DNA of 63,152 nt, counting the filler, from Diploschistes diacapsis (lineage: Eukaryota), in the NCBI GenBank assembly GCA_023645945.1. It is 7 parts of 7 records of this genome, joined end to end, with 100 filler letters (N's around TTAATTAATTAA, not from the genome) between each part and the next. Parts side by side here need not be neighbours in the genome. Positions count along the whole stretch, not along the records: positions 60,693 to 63,152 come from JALAIB010002201.1; 6 more parts are not named here. One strand, given 5' to 3'. How positions within the stretch are numbered: the stretch's first letter is position 1; each line of letters opens with the position of its first letter. Positions 61,179-63,152 of the stretch are shown here, one piece after another. The notes beneath the pieces were generated by a model. It made no database searches and was not told the origin of the DNA. It was given only the letters and a program-made list of their open reading frames with translations. Both the position numbers and the translations under genes were made by a program.

Positions 61179-63152
61179 TGTTATGATCTCTATCTATACA
61201 AGGTATACACGAGTAGGATCAAGGTGGGTTTAGTCTCTATTAGAAGAGGAGTGTGGTAGAAAAAGAAGATAGAGTAATTATAAATCTTGGACTGTTTCTA
61301 GAAAGAAGGTTCTAAAATGATAGAAGTAACGAATATTATTAATCCCGAATAATAACTTAAGATATTTATAAAAATGAATACGCCTTCTTCCACGAAAATA
61401 AAGTCGTGCTTATATATAATTAACTCGCTCGTCGTTCATCGTAAATTTAACGAACGATACCCTCGAGGCTCGCCGTTCACGAAAATAAACGCGATTATCG
61501 AGCGATAACGAAAGCTTACTCGCCGCTTACGAGAATAAACGCGAGCAGTAAACGTATCACGTGACCCTTAATCCCGTAATTGATTTATATATAAAACTAA
61601 AACATATTAAATCTAATATTTAGATCGTAATATTATTCCTTTTTTTTAATATTATCGGCCCGATAATTCGTCGAAAGGTCTAACATAAGTATTAAATAAA
61701 AGAAAATTTTAAGTCGTAAGATAACGATGTTTTTTTTAACTTCTCGTAACCGATCCGTCGAATAAATCCAACTTTCTCGTTCTATCGCTCGTCATAAAAT
61801 CCTTATTATTTCTTCTTATAAATATTATTTTTTTAACGATAAGTCCTGTTTCGTTATATCATTTAATTCTAAAATCCTAAAATATTCGGAATATATACGC
61901 CGTAATCGTTCTTACGTAAAAATATTATAGATTCGCCTAAAACGGACATAAGATGTATTAAAACGGTTTATATAAAAAAATATTGATCGGTTTCTTAAAC
62001 TTACTCGTCGTATCGAGCGGAATAAACTTTTTTTATAAAAAATATAAACCCGTACCGATATAAAGATAGAATGTTTAACGGAATCATTGATTACGGAAGG
62101 TGAAAACCTAGGCCGTATTATGATTAATATATCGATATTTAAGGCGGAGATTCTCGACGGAAATCCATCTTTTTTCGCTGATGACCCCGAGGAATTACCT
62201 TCGTTGAGTAGGGGCGTCGTTACTTAGCTTTCTTGATTAGTTCGTTAGTCTTAAATTGACCAATTTATTGCCCAAGGAGTTTTCTTATATTTCTCTAGCT
62301 TGCCCTTATAGTTAATTAGGTTCGTTGAGGGTTCTCACGTGTCCTAATCTTCCGGGTATCCTTTCTACCTTACTCGGAACTTTCCATCCTTATGGTTTAT
62401 AATCCTTTCGATTTCGTATTCGTTTTCGTTATCTGATTTAAAATAAAAGGTTGTTTACAATGGGATGTCTTAATATACTGACTTAAGGTGTTTAATATAA
62501 AACATTGGGTGAACTTTCGCGTCCTTTAGTAATTTAAGTCGATAGCTGACTTTTTCGGTTTCGTCGGATATTAAAGGTTACTTATCGACAAGAAAGGGTC
62601 CGACTTTGACGTGATCTAGCTTCTTAAAGGGTCTACGTGTCCTAAGATTGTCCGTATATAGGTAAACCTTATCCCCCTTTTTCAGCTAAAGATTCTTCCT
62701 TAAAACCTTAATTTTATTAATATCATTCAATGCTTCGTTATTAAATAATATCGTATTCTAAATCTTCCTAATTTCTCTATATTTATTATTAAGATAATAT
62801 TCGGCGTTAAATAGTAATTTTATTTAGTTATTTATGTTCTAGTTAACGTAATACCGTAAATATTATTCTAAAGTTTAGTTCATTCTTTCTGTTTAACCAT
62901 CTGTTTATAGGTGGTAGACGTTTGAATGTTTCAGCTTCGTGTCGAACGCCTCTATTATGGTTTTCTAATATCCTAAAGTAAAGAACTTGTTTCTATTATT
63001 AATGATCTTTTCTGGATATTTATGAATAATAAACGTTTAAATACTTTAATTTCGTGTCGAACGCCTTTATTATAATTTTCTAATATTTTAACGTAAAAAG
63101 CTTATTTTTATTATTAATGATTTCGTTTAAATGTCCATGAATTCTTATAATT
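61179..63152 (-). mobile_element. Gypsy family A copy 4: 3' LTR 61179-61632, PPT, antisense ORF 61727-62227, chromodomain, integrase part
   Basis: Minus strand reads KKLDHVKVGPFLV and DNENEYEIERI..*KGYP; LTR ends conserved. Confidence 0.92.

Overview
Eukaryotic DNA from a filamentous ascomycete (Pezizomycotina). Evidence: short GT..AG introns with CTRAY branch points, and RIP-mutated repeats. The window is not one locus. It is seven contigs (25126, 2462, 2462, 2462, 25119, 2461 and 2460 bp) joined by an artificial 100-bp N44-TTAATTAATTAA-N44 linker, so adjacency across linkers has no biological meaning. Contig 1 (1-25126) holds KEX2, a PhoD-like phosphatase, a GH17 cell-wall glucanase, a GH47 mannosidase, a bacterial-type catabolic acetolactate synthase, RAX2 and the 5' end of a 2-hydroxyacid dehydrogenase. 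Contig 4 holds a SET/MYND gene and a foldback repeat. Contig 5 (32913-58031) mixes intact genes (carboxylesterase, PPR protein, two SDRs) with three small secreted Cys-rich proteins, an orphan ORF, a shattered RTP1 pseudogene and an MDR dehydrogenase with a premature stop. Contigs 2, 3, 6 and 7 are nested, RIP-degraded LTR retrotransposons (Gypsy chromoviruses and one Copia relic). The most notable observation is in four copies of one Gypsy family. Each carries an antisense ORF of about 170-185 codons between the chromodomain and the 3' LTR. Reversing RIP G>A changes gives a Zn(II)2Cys6-spaced cysteine cluster followed by a coiled-coil-like segment. This cassette and the LTR U3 differ between subfamilies while pol and R/U5 stay similar, and a conserved CGG-N-CCG palindrome lies just upstream of the antisense start. 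All calls were made by eye, with no database searches.
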